Assembly: GCA_008080685.1 (NCBI GenBank)
Contig: VKGY01000014.1
Coordinates: forward strand, 1 to 52,043
Source: Spirochaetota bacterium
GTDB taxonomy: Bacteria > Spirochaetota > Spirochaetia > Treponematales > Rectinemataceae
Reading direction: 5' to 3'
Length of the DNA: 52,043 nucleotides
The notes under the pieces are model-generated. The model was not told where the DNA came from. It saw only the letters and a program-made list of their open reading frames with translations, and made no database searches. Of the stretch, positions 43,366 to 52,043 are shown one piece after another (positions within the stretch are counted from its first letter, which is position 1; each line of letters begins with the position of its first letter). Made by a program: the position numbers and the translations under genes.

Positions 43366-44195
43366 CCTTTCACGCCTCCCGCGGTGATGCCGCGGATAAG
43401 AAACTTCTGCATGCCCAGGGTAAAGAAGAACACCGGCACCAGCATCAAGGTTCCCGCGGCGCAAGCCTGCCCCCAGGTAAGGGTTTCGCCGCCCAACAGC
43501 CCGTTGATCGCGATGGGAGCGGTCTTGGCCTTCACTCCCGTAAGGATCAAGGCATAGAGGAATTCGTTCCAGGAATTGAGGAAGGCGAACACCGCAGCCA
43601 CCACCAGGCCCGGTGCCACGATGGGCAGGAAGATCCTGAAAAAGACTCCCCCTCGGTTGCAGCCGTCCACCATCGCCGCCTCCTCATACGCCTTGTCCAC
43701 GGCGGTGAAGAAAGGCAGCAGGAGCCAAATCACGTAAGGGACATTGAAACTCGTGTGGGCCAAGGTTATGCCCGCCACCGTGTCCCGGATGCCGACAAAG
43801 GAAAACATCAGGTACAAAGCAATGACCAAAGAGATCTGGGGGAGCATCCTGAAAACCAAAAAGCTGTACGCCAGACCGTTGCGCCAGGAGAATCTGAATC
43901 TTGCGATGCCGTAGGACGCCATGGCGCCTATGAGGACAGAAACGCCCGTGGAAAGAAGCCCCACGATGAGGCTGTTCCTCATGCCAAGCTGGAAGCCCTG
44001 GTTTTTCATGACCATCTCGTAGCTTTTCAAGGTGAGTTGAGAAAACTTGAAGGGCTGGCCGGAAAGAATGACAATGTCGCGCCTGAATCCGTTGATCACC
44101 GTGATCGCGATGGGATACAACTCGATAGCCAGCACCACGAAGGCGACCAGGGCGATTACGATGCTGGTCAAGGTTTTTTTCGTTCGCCGCTTCAT
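43362..44195 (-). CDS. Sugar ABC permease (MalG/CUT1 type)
   Basis: 277 aa with six TM segments. 4-nt overlap with the upstream permease. It sits between the SBP/permease genes and the sulfoquinovosidase gene. Confidence 0.8.
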   Translation of the reverse strand: MKRRTKKTLTSIVIALVAFVVLAIELYPIAITVINGFRRDIVILSGQPFKFSQLTLKSYEMVMKNQGFQLGMRNSLIVGLLSTGVSVLIGAMASYGIARFRFSWRNGLAYSFLVFRMLPQISLVIALYLMFSFVGIRDTVAGITLAHTSFNVPYVIWLLLPFFTAVDKAYEEAAMVDGCNRGGVFFRIFLPIVAPGLVVAAVFAFLNSWNEFLYALILTGVKAKTAPIAINGLLGGETLTWGQACAAGTLMLVPVFFFTLGMQKFLIRGITAGGVKG

Positions 44196-45136
44196 CCTGC
44201 CCCCGCCTTTTCCTCAAGGGAATCGAGGCTCATGTTTTTCCTCACCAGGGTGAGGGCGAATACAATTGAGATGCCCAGAAGGAAAATCGCCATGGCGGAG
44301 GCCATGCCCACCTTCTGGTAGCCGAAAGCCTGCCTATGGGTGTACAGCGAAAAGAGGGTCGTGGCAGATCCGGGCCCTCCTTCGGTCATCACGTAGACCT
44401 CGCTGAAAACGCGCAATGCGTCGATTATCCGCAATAGGACGGAGGTCAGGATGGTCGGGGTCAGCATGGGCACGATGATCGATCTGAGCTTGCGCCAGAA
44501 TCCCGCGCCGTCGATGTTGGCCGCCTCGATCATCTCCTGGGGAATCGCCGTCAGCCCCGCGTATAGGAGCATGAACATAAAGGGCCACATCCGCCAGATG
44601 TCCTGGACAATGATGGCCACGTAGGCCATGACCGGATGACCGAGCCAGGTGATCTCCGGCGCCCCAAGGGAAATAAGAAGAGAATTCAAAGGCCCATACC
44701 GGGGCTGGAGCATGAATCTCCAGGTCATGCCCGAAAGGATGGGCAGGAAGAATACAGGCAGAAGAAGAAGGCTGCGCACGATTCGGGCGCCGAAGAATTC
44801 TCGGTTTAAAAGAAGCGCCGCGGCGAAGCCAAAGAGAAGCTCGATCGGAATTGCGATAAATATGAAACCCAGCTGGAGCTTGAGGCTATTCCAAAATTCC
44901 GGGTCTCCAGAAAGGGAAAAATAATTGCCCAGCCCCACGAACTTCCGGGTTCCCGCGCCTTCGGAGAGCGGCCAATCGAACCCCGACACCACAAAGGAAA
45001 ACACGATCGGGAAGATCAGGACCGCGAACACCACAAGGAGGGCGGGCAACAGAAAAAGGAAAGGCGCGTGAGGCCGCGCCTTTCCTTCTTTTCGGATGAA
45101 TCGGGAGATTTCAATATCCCGCTTTCTTGAGGACAT
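44192..45136 (-). CDS. Sugar ABC permease (MalF/CUT1 type)
   Basis: 314 aa with six TM segments and an EAA-like region (EAANIDGAGFWRKLRSIIVPML). Confidence 0.8.
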   Translation of the reverse strand: MSSRKRDIEISRFIRKEGKARPHAPFLFLLPALLVVFAVLIFPIVFSFVVSGFDWPLSEGAGTRKFVGLGNYFSLSGDPEFWNSLKLQLGFIFIAIPIELLFGFAAALLLNREFFGARIVRSLLLLPVFFLPILSGMTWRFMLQPRYGPLNSLLISLGAPEITWLGHPVMAYVAIIVQDIWRMWPFMFMLLYAGLTAIPQEMIEAANIDGAGFWRKLRSIIVPMLTPTILTSVLLRIIDALRVFSEVYVMTEGGPGSATTLFSLYTHRQAFGYQKVGMASAMAIFLLGISIVFALTLVRKNMSLDSLEEKAGAG

Positions 45137-46283
45137 CGTTGGTCTCGTCGATTATCTTCTGGGTTGCCTGGTCTGTGGGCATCTGACCGGTGATTCCCAT
45201 GATCCAGTACTTCTTCACAATGTCGTGGACCTGGGCGACTTCCTTGAAGCGTGGCCTCTCGGCGGCGTACTTCATGGAATCGGCGATGGCGGCCAGCCAG
45301 GGCTTGGATTTGGCGAACTTGGGATCCGTCAGGGCGTCGATACGGGCGGGGACTGTGTTCTTTTCCACCAACCAGGAGGCGATTTCCTTCGAAGCCCACC
45401 AGTAGACGAATTCCGCTGCCGCGTCCTTGTTCTTGGACGAGGTGGGAATGTTCACCGCCCAGGTTCCGCGGACCGCGAAGCGGCCGGCAGGGCCGGCGGG
45501 AGGGGCGGAATAAAGGATGTTGCCCGCCACCAAGGACTTGTTTGGATCTTCATAGCTGGCGATCTGAGCCGGCCAGATGAACTGGGTAAAGACACCCTTG
45601 GGATCGGCGCAGAAGGCCGCCTGGCGTTCCACGTGGGCCATGGTCTCGGCGCCCTTGGGGGAGATCCCCATCAGGGTCTTGTAGGTTTCCATGCCCTGGA
45701 TGGCCTTGGCTTTGTCCAGGACTACCACGGGCTTTCCGCCCTTCCACTCGATAAATTTGGTTCCGTAGGACTCGTACATGAAGATCGCCTCGCCGAATAC
45801 GCCCGCGGGGCCGCCGTTGAAGGGGCCGAAACCACCGGAGACGACGCCGTTCTTCTGCAGGTAGGTGCCCATGTCGATCATCTGCTGGAAGGTCTGGGGA
45901 ACTCCGAGTTCATAGCCATATTGGGCCTTGAAACCCGCCTTGTGCTTCGGGTTTTCGACAATGTCCTTGCGGGTCATCCACACGTAAAGGTTGCCGTAGG
46001 GGAGCATGAGGGACGCGAAGAGAGGGATGTTGCCTTCGTCCACGCACACCAGGTCGTAGTCTGTCCTGTCCTTGGTGACACTCACCGAAGTCTTGGTGAA
46101 TACCTGGGGCGGCTGGAGAATCTCGAAGTTGACCTTGATTCCCGTGGCCTTCTCGAACTCCGGGATCCTCTCCATGAGGGTCCTGGGGTAGGCATCGTCC
46201 CAGAAAAGCACGTTGATCGTCTGCGCCGCGGCGCCGGCGACCACAGCAAGGGCGAGGACGAGCGCGATATACGCTTTCTTCAT
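45111..46283 (-). CDS. Sugar ABC substrate-binding protein (family 1), candidate SQ / SQ-glycerol binder
   Basis: Signal peptide MKKAYIALVLALAVVAGAAAQ, about 390 aa. Start ATG 46283 is preceded by AAGGAGGAG; the track ORF start at 46361 is upstream of that RBS. Confidence 0.75.
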   Translation of the reverse strand: MKKAYIALVLALAVVAGAAAQTINVLFWDDAYPRTLMERIPEFEKATGIKVNFEILQPPQVFTKTSVSVTKDRTDYDLVCVDEGNIPLFASLMLPYGNLYVWMTRKDIVENPKHKAGFKAQYGYELGVPQTFQQMIDMGTYLQKNGVVSGGFGPFNGGPAGVFGEAIFMYESYGTKFIEWKGGKPVVVLDKAKAIQGMETYKTLMGISPKGAETMAHVERQAAFCADPKGVFTQFIWPAQIASYEDPNKSLVAGNILYSAPPAGPAGRFAVRGTWAVNIPTSSKNKDAAAEFVYWWASKEIASWLVEKNTVPARIDALTDPKFAKSKPWLAAIADSMKYAAERPRFKEVAQVHDIVKKYWIMGITGQMPTDQATQKIIDETNDVLKKAGY

Positions 46284-46334
46284 TTTCTCCTCCTTAGTAA
46301 GATCCCGATCGGGGCTTTCCGCCCTGTCGAAATA

Positions 46335-46357
46335 TTTACTTTTCAAAAGAAAGTAAA
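46335..46357. promoter_or_regulatory. Perfect 8-bp inverted repeat TTTACTTT-N7-AAAGTAAA in a divergent promoter region
   Basis: It lies 52-74 nt upstream of the SBP start (minus strand) and about 90 nt upstream of the SDR start (plus strand). It is a candidate operator with no assigned regulator. Confidence 0.35.
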
Positions 46358-46446
46358 GCACGACTCCGAACCCTTGTCAACAAAATGCTTTTCCACAGAT
46401 GAAAAAAGAAGTATGATTCCAAAAATTCTGCTGTTCGGAGGTCGCA

Positions 46447-47205
46447 ATGAATTCTCTCAAAGGCAAAAACGCACTGGTCACGGGCGGAGGATCCGGAATT
46501 GGTAAGGCCATCGCCGAGGAACTCGCAGCCCAGGGAGCAAGCCTTATCATCCATTATTATAAAAGCGCCCAGCCCGCGGAAGCCGTTGCAGCGAAGATCC
46601 GCGCCGCCGGAGGAACCGCACGCACCATATGCGCCGACCTTTCCACCGAGGCAGGCGTGGAAAAACTCGCATCCTTTGCCTCGGCGCTGTGTGATAGACT
46701 GGATGTGCTGGTGAACAATACGGGCGACCTCGTGGCCAGAAGGACCTTGGACGGCGTGGACATGGAGCACTACCGTGCTGTGATGGCGGTGAACTTCGAC
46801 TCAGCCCTCTTCGTCACCAAGGCCCTCCTTCCCTTACTGAAAAAATCAGGAGCCGCCTCGGTGGTGAACCTTTCCTCCATCGCGGGCCGCAAGGGCGGGC
46901 GGAGCTCCCTTATCTACTCCAGCGCCAAAGGCGCCATGCTCACCCTAACCAGGGCCCTCTCCACAGAGCTGGCTCCCTTCGGAATCCGGGTCAACGCCCT
47001 TGCCCCAGGCCTCATCCTCGGCTCGGCCTTCCATGAAATCCACTCCACGCCTGAGTCGAAGCAGGCCATGATCAAAGACATCCCCCTAGGCCGCGCCGGC
47101 ACCTGCGATGATGTGGCCCGGGCTGCGGCCTTCCTGGCCAGCGAATACAGCGGATTCATCACCGGTGCCACCCTGGACATAAACGGCGGAAGCTACATGA
47201 TGTGA
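46447..47205 (+). CDS. Short-chain dehydrogenase/reductase (SDR), paralogue 1
   Basis: TGGGSGIGKAIA (cofactor motif), NNTG and YSSAKGA (YxxxK). About two-thirds identical, by eye, to the SDR at 50247-51008. Confidence 0.85.
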   Translation: MNSLKGKNALVTGGGSGIGKAIAEELAAQGASLIIHYYKSAQPAEAVAAKIRAAGGTARTICADLSTEAGVEKLASFASALCDRLDVLVNNTGDLVARRTLDGVDMEHYRAVMAVNFDSALFVTKALLPLLKKSGAASVVNLSSIAGRKGGRSSLIYSSAKGAMLTLTRALSTELAPFGIRVNALAPGLILGSAFHEIHSTPESKQAMIKDIPLGRAGTCDDVARAAAFLASEYSGFITGATLDINGGSYMM

Positions 47206-47241
47206 CCGCCCCGCGCGGGCCTCCGGCGGGGCCGCGTGGCG

Positions 47242-48525
47242 TCACTTCATGAACAAATTGGGCAGGAACTCCGTAAACCAAGGAATATAGGTCACTAAAA
47301 AGAGTACCACGAACATGGCGGGCCACAACGGCAGCAGCGCCCGGCTCGTCTTCTCGATAGTCGTCTTGCCCACCATGCATCCCACGAAAAGGCTCGCTCC
47401 CACAGGCGGCGTGGTGAGCCCTATCCCCAGGTTGAGCATGAGCAGAATTCCGAAGGTGATTTCGCTCATTCCCGCCGCCTTGATCACCGGCAAAAGGACG
47501 GGCGTGACTATGACGATGAGCGGTGCCACATCCATCACCATGCCTAGGAACAGCAGAAGCACATTCACCATGAGGAGGATGAGGAACTTGTTGGACGTAA
47601 GTCCCAGGAAAGCCCTCATGACCGCTGCGGGAATCTGCAGGTAGGTCATCATCCATCCGAAGGCCGAGGCGCAGCCGATGAGGAACAAGACGATGGCCGT
47701 GGTCTTGACTGACTCCATTAAAATCGGAACCAGGTCTTTGAGCTTCAGCTCCCTGTAGACCACAAAGCCCAGGAAGGCGGCGTACATCACCGCCACCGCC
47801 GAAGCTTCCGTGGCGGTGAAGATGCCCGCCGCGATGCCTACAACAATGATCAAAGCCGCCAGGAGGGCGAAAATTCCGTCTATGGTTATGCGCACACAGT
47901 CCTTGAGGGGCGGCCGCTTCTCGCAGGGGTATTTCCTTTTCAAGGCAATGAAGTAACAGGCGATGGAAAGGGATAGGCCCAGCATGATGCCCGGTATGTA
48001 GCCCGCCAGGAAAAGTTTTCCCACCGAGACGCCACCCGCCACCATGGCGTAGATGACCATGTTGTGGGAGGGCGGAATGATGATCCCTTGGCTCGCCGAG
48101 GCGACCGTCACCGCCACCGAAAAGTCCCGGTCGTATCCCTTCTGGATCATCATGGGAATCATAATCGTGCCCGTGGAGGACACGTCCGCCACCGCCGAGC
48201 CCGAAACGCCCCCAAAAAACATGGACTCTATGCAGTTGACGATCGCAAGGCCCCCGGGAAGGGGACCCACTAGGATGTAGGCAAAGTCCACCATGCGCTT
48301 AGCAACCCCGCCTCGGGCCATGATTGAGCCCGCAAGGATGAAAAGAGGTATGGCCAGCAGAGGAAAAGACTGCATGCTCGCCGCCACCCGTTGGGCGATG
48401 ATGGCCGGCCCCATTCCCGTGGCTAAAGCGGATAGCAAGGCCGAAATCCCCAGGCTGAAGGAAATTGGAATTCCAACTAGGATCATTAGTGCGAAGGAAC
48501 CGAGAAGGATAAGCTCAACGGGCAT
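47242..48525 (-). CDS. TRAP transporter large permease (DctM family)
   Basis: About 427 aa and polytopic. The start is at ATG 48525 (MPVELILLGSFALMILVGIPISFSLG), preceded by GGAAGGAGGG. Confidence 0.85.
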   Translation of the reverse strand: MPVELILLGSFALMILVGIPISFSLGISALLSALATGMGPAIIAQRVAASMQSFPLLAIPLFILAGSIMARGGVAKRMVDFAYILVGPLPGGLAIVNCIESMFFGGVSGSAVADVSSTGTIMIPMMIQKGYDRDFSVAVTVASASQGIIIPPSHNMVIYAMVAGGVSVGKLFLAGYIPGIMLGLSLSIACYFIALKRKYPCEKRPPLKDCVRITIDGIFALLAALIIVVGIAAGIFTATEASAVAVMYAAFLGFVVYRELKLKDLVPILMESVKTTAIVLFLIGCASAFGWMMTYLQIPAAVMRAFLGLTSNKFLILLMVNVLLLFLGMVMDVAPLIVIVTPVLLPVIKAAGMSEITFGILLMLNLGIGLTTPPVGASLFVGCMVGKTTIEKTSRALLPLWPAMFVVLFLVTYIPWFTEFLPNLFMK

Positions 48526-49033
48526 GCTTTCCCTCCTTCCGCTCCTTTCCCTTCGCCGAGGCATCGAGGATTTTGCCCGAAGCCCTCAGGGCTGCGAAGC
48601 CGATCATGAAGACCGCCGCTATGGGAAGCACCAGGTAGGTTATGCCCAAGGGCAGCTTGATGGTGGACATCCGGCTGGACCACATGGCTTGGGTAAGCAC
48701 TAGGCCGTGGCGGAATAAGAACAATGCGAAGGCACATATGGCCAGGTCTATGGCGACCTCCACCGCGACCCCCCAAGCTTCGGGCAACTTCTTGGTCACC
48801 AACTCGAGCCTCATGTGGTCGCCGGTCCACACCGCCGAGGCGGCGCCCAACAGCCCAATCCACATGATCGCCGTGACCGAGAACTCCTCAACCCAAATCG
48901 GGCTTTTCTGCAGCACATACCGCGCGAATACCTGCCAGCACACAACCACTGAAAGAGCGGCCATGACGATAGCAGCTATGGCCGTCAGCACCCTCTCGGC
49001 GCGGCCTACGATGCGCATAATCGCATTCCTCAT
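48515..49033 (-). CDS. TRAP transporter small permease (DctQ family)
   Basis: 172 aa with four TM segments, located between the DctP and DctM genes. Confidence 0.8.
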   Translation of the reverse strand: MRNAIMRIVGRAERVLTAIAAIVMAALSVVVCWQVFARYVLQKSPIWVEEFSVTAIMWIGLLGAASAVWTGDHMRLELVTKKLPEAWGVAVEVAIDLAICAFALFLFRHGLVLTQAMWSSRMSTIKLPLGITYLVLPIAAVFMIGFAALRASGKILDASAKGKERKEGKHAR

Positions 49034-49134
49034 TCAAACCTCCGAACGCCCGTCTTAATAATCCAAGGCGGACGCGGGCCTTCCGGCCTGCGTCCGCCCC
49101 ATGCATCATGCGAAATTGAGTAGACTTCTGTCTG

Positions 49135-50106
49135 TTACTTGGTGTTGACCACGGCGTCGATGAGATCCTTGCCCACGATTGACTCGAACTCCTTCCATAC
49201 GCCGCCCACCGCTTTTTGGAACTCCGTCACATCCCTTACCTCGTTGAACACCATGCCCTTGGCCTTGAGATCCGCTATGGTCTTGTCGATCATCTCGCCC
49301 CAGAGTTTGTTGTGTTTTTCCATGGCCTCAATTGCGGTCTGCTCAACCATCGCCTGGATATTCTTGGGAAGGCCGTCGAAAAGCCTCTTGTTCATCATAA
49401 GGAAGTCGGGGATGGAGGAGTGTCTGGTGTAGCTGTAGTACTTGGCCACTTCCTGCATATTAAAGGAAAGGACCGTGGGCTCGTTGTTTTCCCAGCCGTC
49501 GATGACCTTGGTCTGGAGAGCCGAGTAGACTTCGGACTGGCCCATAGGAACTGCGTTTCCGCCCAGGGCGTTCACCGTGTCGATGAGGGGCTTAGACTGC
49601 ATGACCCTTATCTTGAGTCCCTTCAAGTCTGAAGGAGAGTAGATGGGCTTGGTGGCGGTGATGGAGCGGAAGCCCGCGTCCATGAAGGCCAGGCCCTTGT
49701 AGCCGGCTTTGTCCAGGTCGGCCATGAGCCGTTTGCCCACCACGCCCTGAAGCACTTTGTGTTGATGGGCCAGGTTTCTCCAGATCAGGGGGAGGGAAAT
49801 GACCTGGAAGGTCGGGGCGTACTGACCCACGGGACCAGAGCTCACTTTGGCGAATTCGAGGGAGCCGATCTTGATGGCTTCGATATAGTCCTTTTCCTGG
49901 CCTAGCTGGCCGGCGGGGAAGAGGGTGAGCTTGATGTCCCCGTTGCTTTTCTTGGCGAGCTCATCGGCGAAGAAAACCAGGGCCTGGTGCACAGGATGGC
50001 TGTCCGGAAGGACCGAAGCTAGTTTCCAGTTGTACTTGGGAGTAGCAGATGCGAGGGCGACAGCCGCGAGCAATAGGGCGATCACAAACAAATTTCTTTT
50101 CTTCAT
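49135..50106 (-). CDS. TRAP transporter substrate-binding protein (DctP family)
   Basis: It has a signal peptide and then KYNWKLASVLPDSHPVHQALVFFADELAKKSNGDIKLTLFPAGQLG, a typical DctP N-terminal pattern. Confidence 0.85.
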   Translation of the reverse strand: MKKRNLFVIALLLAAVALASATPKYNWKLASVLPDSHPVHQALVFFADELAKKSNGDIKLTLFPAGQLGQEKDYIEAIKIGSLEFAKVSSGPVGQYAPTFQVISLPLIWRNLAHQHKVLQGVVGKRLMADLDKAGYKGLAFMDAGFRSITATKPIYSPSDLKGLKIRVMQSKPLIDTVNALGGNAVPMGQSEVYSALQTKVIDGWENNEPTVLSFNMQEVAKYYSYTRHSSIPDFLMMNKRLFDGLPKNIQAMVEQTAIEAMEKHNKLWGEMIDKTIADLKAKGMVFNEVRDVTEFQKAVGGVWKEFESIVGKDLIDAVVNTK

Positions 50107-50153
50107 GAATTCAGCCTCCTGGATAAATGATCTGAAGGAAAGCGTACGACGGC

Positions 50154-50182
50154 TTACCTAGGCTGTCAATGAAAACTATACT
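50154..50182 (+). promoter_or_regulatory. Candidate promoter of SDR paralogue 2 (TTACCT-N17-TATACT)
   Basis: TTACCT at 50154-50159, a 17-nt spacer, then TATACT at 50177-50182. This is about 65 nt upstream of ATG 50247. Confidence 0.3.
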
Positions 50183-50246
50183 TGAAGAAGGAACGGAACG
50201 TCCATAAAGTGACTCGTCTTTCCACAATATGGAATATGGAGGCATC

Positions 50247-51008
50247 ATGAAAGGCCTTGAAGGAAAAAACGCCCTAGTGACCGGCGGAGGATCGGGCATA
50301 GGCATGGCTATCGCAAGAGAGCTTTCAAGCATGGGGGCAAGCCTCATCATCCACTACCACCGCAGCGGGGAACCTGCCAAGGCCTTGGCCGCTGAACTCG
50401 CCGCCGCAGGAGGCTTCACCGAGGCGGTCCAAGCTGATCTTTCCACCCAAGAGGGGGCTGCTGGGCTCGCGGCCTTCGTTACTTCCCGCTGGAACAGGCT
50501 GGATGTGCTGGTGAACAACGCCGGAGACCTCATAGCCCGCCAGCGCCTCGAGGAATTGGACATGGATTATTACCGAAAGGTGATGGCCGTCAACCTGGAT
50601 TCGAATGTCCTTGTCACCAAGGCCATGCTTCCGCTGTTGAAGAAGGCGGGAGCCGCTTCGGTGGTAAACCTCTCCTCCCTGGCGGGCCGGAAGGGCGGCC
50701 ACGGAGGCTCGGCCTTCTACTCCACGGCCAAAGGGGCGATCCTCACCTTGACCCGTTCGCTTTCAACAGAACTGGCGCCCTATGGCATTCGGGTGAACGC
50801 CGTAGCGCCGGGGCTGATCCTGGGCTCATCCTTCCACCAAACCCATACCACCGAGGAATCCAAGCAGGCTACGATCGCCCAGATCCCCTTGAAGCGCGCC
50901 GGCTCTTGTGAGGACGTCGCCCGGGCCGTGGCCTTCCTGGCCAGCGAACTGGACGGCTTCATCACCGGAGCCACCTTGGACATCAACGGCGGCATCTACA
51001 TGATGTAG
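50247..51008 (+). CDS. Short-chain dehydrogenase/reductase (SDR), paralogue 2
   Basis: TGGGSGIGMAIA, NNAG and YSTAKGA. The start is set at ATG 50247 (MKGLEGKNALVTGG), preceded by GGAGG. This aligns with the MNSLKGKNALVTGG start of paralogue 1. Confidence 0.85.
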   Translation: MKGLEGKNALVTGGGSGIGMAIARELSSMGASLIIHYHRSGEPAKALAAELAAAGGFTEAVQADLSTQEGAAGLAAFVTSRWNRLDVLVNNAGDLIARQRLEELDMDYYRKVMAVNLDSNVLVTKAMLPLLKKAGAASVVNLSSLAGRKGGHGGSAFYSTAKGAILTLTRSLSTELAPYGIRVNAVAPGLILGSSFHQTHTTEESKQATIAQIPLKRAGSCEDVARAVAFLASELDGFITGATLDINGGIYMM

Positions 51009-51036
51009 GCGCCGCCGCCAGCCCATTTGCCGCGCC

Positions 51037-51795
51037 CTACTGGAGTTTGCGGATCCTCGTCTCCACGCCCTTCTCGCCTTCAAGTTGCTTGAGAAGGAGG
51101 TTGGTGTCTGTGTTGCCGAAGTGGTAGGGGTAGAGGATCGCTGGCTTCACCAGCCTTGCCGCCTCGGCGGTCTGCTCCGGAGTCATGGTGAAGGGAAGGT
51201 TCATGGGCAGGAAGGCTACGTCTATCTTGCCCAGGTTGGCCATCTCGGAGATGGGCTCTGTGTCCCCCGCCACATAGATCCTCAGATTGCCCACGGTGAG
51301 AACGTAGCCGTTGTCCTTGCGCTCCTTAGGATGGTAGTTGGTTCTACCCGCAGTGACGTTGTAGGCAGGAACTGGCCACACCGAGACCCCCGCGGCCTGG
51401 AAGTCTTTGTAATGCTCCAAAGTCTCGCCGTAGCCAAGCTTTTTCTGGGAGGAACCGTTGAGCGCGACCACCGTGCCATCCTTGCGCAGGGCGGCGATGG
51501 AGGATGCGTCCAGATGGTCTCCGTGCTCATGGGTCACTAGCACAAGGTCGGCCTTGGGGAACTTGGAGAAATCTCCGTATTGCTTCACCGGATCTATGTA
51601 GATGAGCTTGCCACCAAATTCGAAGACCAGGGTTGCGTGGCCCAGGAAGGTAATCTTGAGCTCTCCCCTCCCGGTGTTGAATACGTCGAACTCCTTCCCT
51701 TCCGCCCCTTCCAGGGCGAAGACCGCGGGGCCGGCCGCCAGGGCCAGGATCGTGGCCAGGGCCAGGGTCAGCGTGCTATATCCATTCCGTATCAT
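51037..51795 (-). CDS. Secreted MBL-fold metallo-hydrolase
   Basis: Signal peptide MIRNGYSTLTLALATILALAAGPAVFA and HxHxDH motif LVTHEHGDHLD. Start ATG 51795 is preceded by GGGAGG. Confidence 0.7.
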   Translation of the reverse strand: MIRNGYSTLTLALATILALAAGPAVFALEGAEGKEFDVFNTGRGELKITFLGHATLVFEFGGKLIYIDPVKQYGDFSKFPKADLVLVTHEHGDHLDASSIAALRKDGTVVALNGSSQKKLGYGETLEHYKDFQAAGVSVWPVPAYNVTAGRTNYHPKERKDNGYVLTVGNLRIYVAGDTEPISEMANLGKIDVAFLPMNLPFTMTPEQTAEAARLVKPAILYPYHFGNTDTNLLLKQLEGEKGVETRIRKLQ

Positions 51796-51927
51796 AAAAA
51801 CCTCCCGTTGCAAATCGAAATATCGTAGAAAATATATACGCCCCTCCCCGGCGGTCAAGGAAACCCCCTTCCCGCGCCCTATTGCCGTCCCTTTGCGCGG
51901 GCCAGAGAATCTGTTACCTTATCGCTC

Positions 51928-52043
51928 ATGAACACCCAGCAACGTGTAGCCCTAGGAGCCAAAGCCGCCAAAGCCATGCTCGGCCTAGGCGCCCATGCCA
52001 AGGATGCTGCCTTAGAAGCCATAGAATCCAGCCTTCTTGCGCG
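51928..52043 (+). CDS. proA: Probable gamma-glutamyl-phosphate reductase, N-terminal 38 codons (runs off the window)
   Basis: Own translation gives MNTQQRVALGAKAAKAMLGLGAHAKDAALEAIESSLLA. This resembles the ProA N-terminus (A..A..A...L......K..AL..IA..L). It is very short, so the call is tentative. Confidence 0.4.
   Translation, partial: MNTQQRVALGAKAAKAMLGLGAHAKDAALEAIESSLLA

Noticed and set aside
1-52043. Search for CRISPR arrays, tRNA/rRNA genes, toxin-antitoxin pairs, and phage or defence-system genes.
   Set aside because: I saw no regularly spaced direct repeats, no cloverleaf-like or rRNA-like segments, and no ORFs with nuclease, RT, integrase or capsid hallmarks. The only tandem repeat is the 16-bp x 2.4 unit at 337-374.

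Overview
High-GC (roughly 58-62% judged by eye) bacterial chromosomal window, densely coding, with no rRNA, tRNA, CRISPR array, transposase or integrase that I could see. All family calls come from reading motifs in the supplied translations; no database search was run.

Layout:
- 1-2959: partial GntR regulator, a 520-nt repeat-rich intergenic region, a MATE efflux gene and a TspO-like gene.
- 3062-4369: a decayed ABC importer, with a motif-dead ATPase and only the tail of its permease.
- 4560-8666: a 1368-aa chimeric protein. An unassigned ~480-aa helical N-terminus is followed by the pyruvate,phosphate-dikinase ATP-grasp and phospho-His swivel domains. A phosphoglycerate-kinase-like domain then takes the place of the PEP/pyruvate barrel. 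This is my top novelty candidate.
- 8663-13350: an outer-membrane beta-barrel gene, an MsbA-type ABC exporter and a broken NHL-repeat lipoprotein gene.
- 13529-20589: a module bracketed by ~128-bp inverted repeats. It holds a GntR gene with a triple GGTATACC operator, a URO-D-family enzyme, TctB/TctA/TctC and a shattered class-V aminotransferase pseudogene.
- 20688-28333: an eight-gene, translationally coupled minus-strand operon that joins a peptide/opine-type ABC importer to HAD, MBL and metallophosphoesterase hydrolases.
- 28470-30704: a secreted P1/DmpA peptidase and a tocopherol-cyclase-like protein.
- 30792-46283: a sulfoquinovose locus. It contains a ROK regulator, a truncated FucI-like gene, a split transketolase, RpiB, a CoA-acylating aldehyde dehydrogenase, a SucCD-like ADP-forming CoA ligase, a DASS permease and a DUF4867-like protein. 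Convergent to these are a YihQ-type GH31 sulfoquinovosidase and a sugar ABC importer.
- 46447-52043: two paralogous SDR genes flanking a TRAP transporter, a secreted MBL hydrolase, and the start of a probable proA.
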